DNA of 64,000 nt from Hydrurus foetidus (taxonomy: Eukaryota), in assembly GCA_900617105.1 (NCBI GenBank), contig UYFQ01000001.1, forward strand, positions 1,984,001 through 2,048,000, read 5' to 3'. The position numbers were made by a program, and so were the translations under genes. Positions 61,086 to 64,000 of this stretch are shown in pieces; within the stretch, counting starts at the first letter, position 1; each line of letters begins with the position of its first letter. Below the pieces are notes generated by a model that searched no databases, was not told the origin of the DNA, and saw only the letters and a list, made by a program, of their open reading frames with translations.

Positions 61086-61568
61086 ATGACCACCCAACCA
61101 GACATCTACCAAACCTTAACTGCACTGGGCATTGCCTTGCCACCGTTGTCCATTCCAGCGGCAGCCTACGTGCCGTATGTACAAACCGGTAACCTGATTT
61201 TTATCAGCGGCCACATTGCCAAAGCCAACGGCCAGCCGTGGGCCGGGCAGCTCGGCAAAAACATCACGCTAGACGAAGGCAAAGCCGCTGCCCGCGCCAT
61301 TGCCATCGACCTGATGGGCACGCTACACGCAGCTTTGGTGGCTGTCGGCAAGGACTTGAATCACGTTAGCCGCATTGTCAAACTGATGAGCCTGGTGAAT
61401 TCCACCGGCGACTTTACCGACCAGCACTTGGTAACCAACGGTGCCAGCCAGTTGATTGCCGAGGTGTTTGGGCCCGTCGTTGGCGCCCATGCTCGCAGTG
61501 CGTTTGGCGTGGCCCAAATTCCGATGGGTGCCTGCGTTGAGATTGAAATGATTGCTCAAATCGCCTAG
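61086..61568 (+). CDS. RidA/YjgF-family protein
   Basis: AAYVP...GN.IFISGH, HARSAFGVAQIP.GACVEIE; start re-called to ATG 61086. Confidence 0.92.
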   Translation: MTTQPDIYQTLTALGIALPPLSIPAAAYVPYVQTGNLIFISGHIAKANGQPWAGQLGKNITLDEGKAAARAIAIDLMGTLHAALVAVGKDLNHVSRIVKLMSLVNSTGDFTDQHLVTNGASQLIAEVFGPVVGAHARSAFGVAQIPMGACVEIEMIAQIA

Positions 61569-61595
61569 CTCCAGCATCTTTTTACGGCAGCAAAC

Positions 61596-61643
61596 GCTAT
61601 TTTATTAATAGCTGCTCGCGCCTGATTTTATTGGGCTGTATGG
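61596..61643 (+). repeat. Family A repeat, copy 10
   Basis: GCTATTTTATTAATAGCTGCTCGCGCCTGATTTTATTGGGCTG. Confidence 0.85.
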
Positions 61644-61673
61644 GTATTTAATATCAAAAAAGCGCCTCAAAGG

Positions 61674-62744
61674 CTACACCAGCTCAACGCTGCTGGCCGC
61701 TGTTGAAGCTGATTGGGTTTCACCGCGGCGGCGGTTCACACTGCTCCGAAGGGGGGTAGCCACCTTCTCAAACCGCGATGGCACGCTGAACATTCGCTCC
61801 AGCGCAAGCCGCACCTGCGTCAGGCGCGGGTCGTGCTCGTGTGCGTCGTCGGTGGTGTCGTTGATGCAGAAAAAATCAAGCTCACCGATTTCTGATTCCA
61901 GGCTCAGCAGTTGCTCACCCGTCTGCGCGTCACCTGTAGACACATAACAGTGCGGATAGTTTTTGAGTTGGGCCACGCCGTGGGCAAGCGCCCAGCGCAA
62001 AACAAAGTCGGACACGATGCTGGGCTTGTCCCACACCCTGAAGCGCGTGCTGCGCACAGCGGCAAACATATCGGGCGCGCAAGTTTCAACAGCCAGCAAC
62101 AGCGACTTGAGCATGGGCCGCGGTGCGTGCGCAAAGGTACGTGGCGTGTGGTGGTAGCTTTCCTCGCGGCCCGGCGCACTGGCGTGGTCAGCCAGCCATT
62201 GCCGGGATAAGCGGCAGCCGTTTTCAAGCGAAGTTGCCTCTGCCAGCAGCGGTTCGCCGACCACGGGCGCGTCGTCAGACCACGCAGTAAACACACCGCC
62301 CGGCCAAAACCAGTCGTCAACGTCTACCGGCGCGCTAAAAAACACGTCGTCGTTAAAGTAAAAGTAACGCTCAGACAGGCCCGCAATTCTGTGAATGTAC
62401 GACTCGATGTTGCCCGAATCAAAGGTCGGCAACGACCCTGCCGGTATCAAGTCGCGGTGGTCAACAACGGTTATGCCACTGGTTGTTGCCAGCCAGGCCG
62501 GCGTTTGATTGTCTGTAACGATGTACACATGACCATGGTCAGGAAAGTACTTTTCAAGGGCGCGCAAGCTGTAGCGCAACTCGTCGTTGTCACGAAACCG
62601 GCCTTCCACATTTCCGTAAACCGCCATGCTGCTCAGGGAACACGCGGTAAGCGTTTGCGCGGCGCGCTGCCTTTTGACTCGCCATTGCGGATCATTGCCG
62701 TCTACCCAAAGGTAAACAATATCAATTTTATTTTGTGCTGACAT
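61674..62744 (-). CDS. Stealth-family hexose-1-phosphate transferase
   Basis: CR1 IDIVYLWVDGND, CR2 RFRDNDELRYSLR...PTFDS..IE...YFNDD, CR3 HAPRP, CR4 FFCIND. Confidence 0.92.
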   Translation of the reverse strand: MSAQNKIDIVYLWVDGNDPQWRVKRQRAAQTLTACSLSSMAVYGNVEGRFRDNDELRYSLRALEKYFPDHGHVYIVTDNQTPAWLATTSGITVVDHRDLIPAGSLPTFDSGNIESYIHRIAGLSERYFYFNDDVFFSAPVDVDDWFWPGGVFTAWSDDAPVVGEPLLAEATSLENGCRLSRQWLADHASAPGREESYHHTPRTFAHAPRPMLKSLLLAVETCAPDMFAAVRSTRFRVWDKPSIVSDFVLRWALAHGVAQLKNYPHCYVSTGDAQTGEQLLSLESEIGELDFFCINDTTDDAHEHDPRLTQVRLALERMFSVPSRFEKVATPLRSSVNRRRGETQSASTAASSVELV

Positions 62745-62941
62745 GAAAAATGACTACGCTTTCGGTAGGGTGCGTCCGAACCGGTGACAAAGCGAATTAA
62801 ATAGTGTTAATTGAATCGAAAACCCACTATTTTATCGTGACGGCGTTATTACCGCTGAGTGAGCAAAAGCGGCTACCCCGGTAGCATCACCCGTCTACGG
62901 TTCAAGATAAGCCTGCTTAGCCTGAAAAGGGCTGACTTAAC

Positions 62942-63265
62942 ATGGCAGGCGAGAGTAGTCGCCCACATCCGCCTAATTCATCGGACATGTTGAACCCACC
63001 GCCCACCGTACCTCCGCCATCTGATCAGCAAATTGAGTCCGCGCTGCTGGCATTCGTTGCCGAGCGCGGCCACAGTGCCAGCGCCTGCCCATCGGAGGTG
63101 GCGCGCCAGCTGCGGCCTGAAAGCTGGCGTGAATTAATGCCGAGCATCAGGCGGGTTGCGTCGGAACTTGCTAAACACCGACGCCTGGAAATTACCCAGC
63201 GCGGCTTGAAAATATTGCCAAACGAACCCTTTAAAGGCCCGATTCGAATCCGCATGGCGAAATGA
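62942..63265 (+). CDS. DUF3253-like winged-helix protein
   Basis: SACPSEVARQL....WRELM..IR.......LEITQRG......KGPIRIR; start may be downstream (MLNPP). Confidence 0.8.
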   Translation: MAGESSRPHPPNSSDMLNPPPTVPPPSDQQIESALLAFVAERGHSASACPSEVARQLRPESWRELMPSIRRVASELAKHRRLEITQRGLKILPNEPFKGPIRIRMAK

Positions 63266-63467
63266 AGTCGAGACAATTGATTACAAAGTATTAGTCAATT
63301 TGGGGGATATACGAGCGGCGTACTTTGCAATACACTTTTTTAGCAATTAACCGGGTTGCATTCATGAACGTTTACGCCGTGAAGGCCCCTTAAACGTCAC
63401 TTAATCGCTCCTCAAACGTCCAGTTAACGTGCTGTAGGCCAAAAGCCCCCGCTTTCACGCCACATTC

Positions 63468-64000
63468 ATGCCTCGACTGTTTGATTTACCTACTGACTTA
63501 GCTTCAGAAGTGCCTGCGCTCCGCTTGGGGCTGGCTGGTTTTAATGAAATGCAATGCAAAGCGATCACTTGCATGCTGGCCAAGCCCGTAGTCGGCCTTT
63601 GCGCTTGGCAGATCAGTCCGCTGCAACTCGCTGATGGTTGGCTGCTGTGCGGCGAGAAAAGTGCGCCCACCACTGATACGCATCAAGACGCGCTGCGCGT
63701 CGCAGCCGGTTTGCCGGGCGATGACTCCCTGATACTTAATTTGAGTGAGGTTACCCGGCCGCTGGCTTTTTCGCTGCCACTGGCAAGCACGGACATTGAA
63801 GCGCGCCTTACCTTTAGCACCCAGTCGGAGTCCAGCCTTTATGAGGTGCTGTCTGCTTTTGAGCAGTGGCTGACCCCGCTGCGTTCAAAGTTTGTGCTGG
63901 GCTCGCAGTTGATGGAGCGCGAATCACAACTCAAGTGCATCGTCTATCACGTGTCGTGCAGAGGGCAGTTGCTGGCCATTCTCGATTTTTCCGAGTGGCG
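63468..64000 (+). CDS. Hypothetical protein, truncated by the window end
   Basis: Open frame from ATG 63468 (MPRLFDLPTDLASEVPALRLGLAGF...) with no stop found before the window end. Confidence 0.6.
   Translation, partial: MPRLFDLPTDLASEVPALRLGLAGFNEMQCKAITCMLAKPVVGLCAWQISPLQLADGWLLCGEKSAPTTDTHQDALRVAAGLPGDDSLILNLSEVTRPLAFSLPLASTDIEARLTFSTQSESSLYEVLSAFEQWLTPLRSKFVLGSQLMERESQLKCIVYHVSCRGQLLAILDFSEW

Overview
Chromosomal segment of a betaproteobacterium; gene content, the aroA-cmk fusion and the repeat families point to Comamonadaceae, Polaromonas-like (inference). Core blocks: sdhCDAB-sdhE-gltA; ssrA-gph-ubiG-ompA; gyrA-DUF2059-pheA-tyrA-aroA/cmk-rpsA-ihfB-lapAB-hldA-hldD-comEA-like. Accessory blocks: 5-oxoprolinase with a TRAP transporter and a racemase; crcB; a two-component pair whose response regulator carries a nonsense codon; a form II coxSLM-DEG-xdhC molybdo-enzyme cluster; a DUF2946 leader-TonB receptor-YcnI-PCuAC copper operon; a circularly permuted ATP-grasp/alpha-E plus transglutaminase pair; RidA; an orphan Stealth gene. 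Two things stand out. (1) A 5.74-kb minimal satellite-like island at the tmRNA 3' end, with 58-bp att repeats, 8 arm-type repeats, an IHF site, integrase, a structured RNA, AlpA, HTH/Rep genes, an iteron cluster, an unexplained gene pair and no capsid, primase or conjugation genes. (2) At least four families of short non-autonomous repeats, two of which lie in frame inside proteins. A ~48-bp element has 10 copies, and its 4 coding copies all read in the same IAA(C/S/G)A frame. BoxC-like palindromes lie inside the oxoprolinase gene. All family assignments come from motif recognition by eye; no database search was run.
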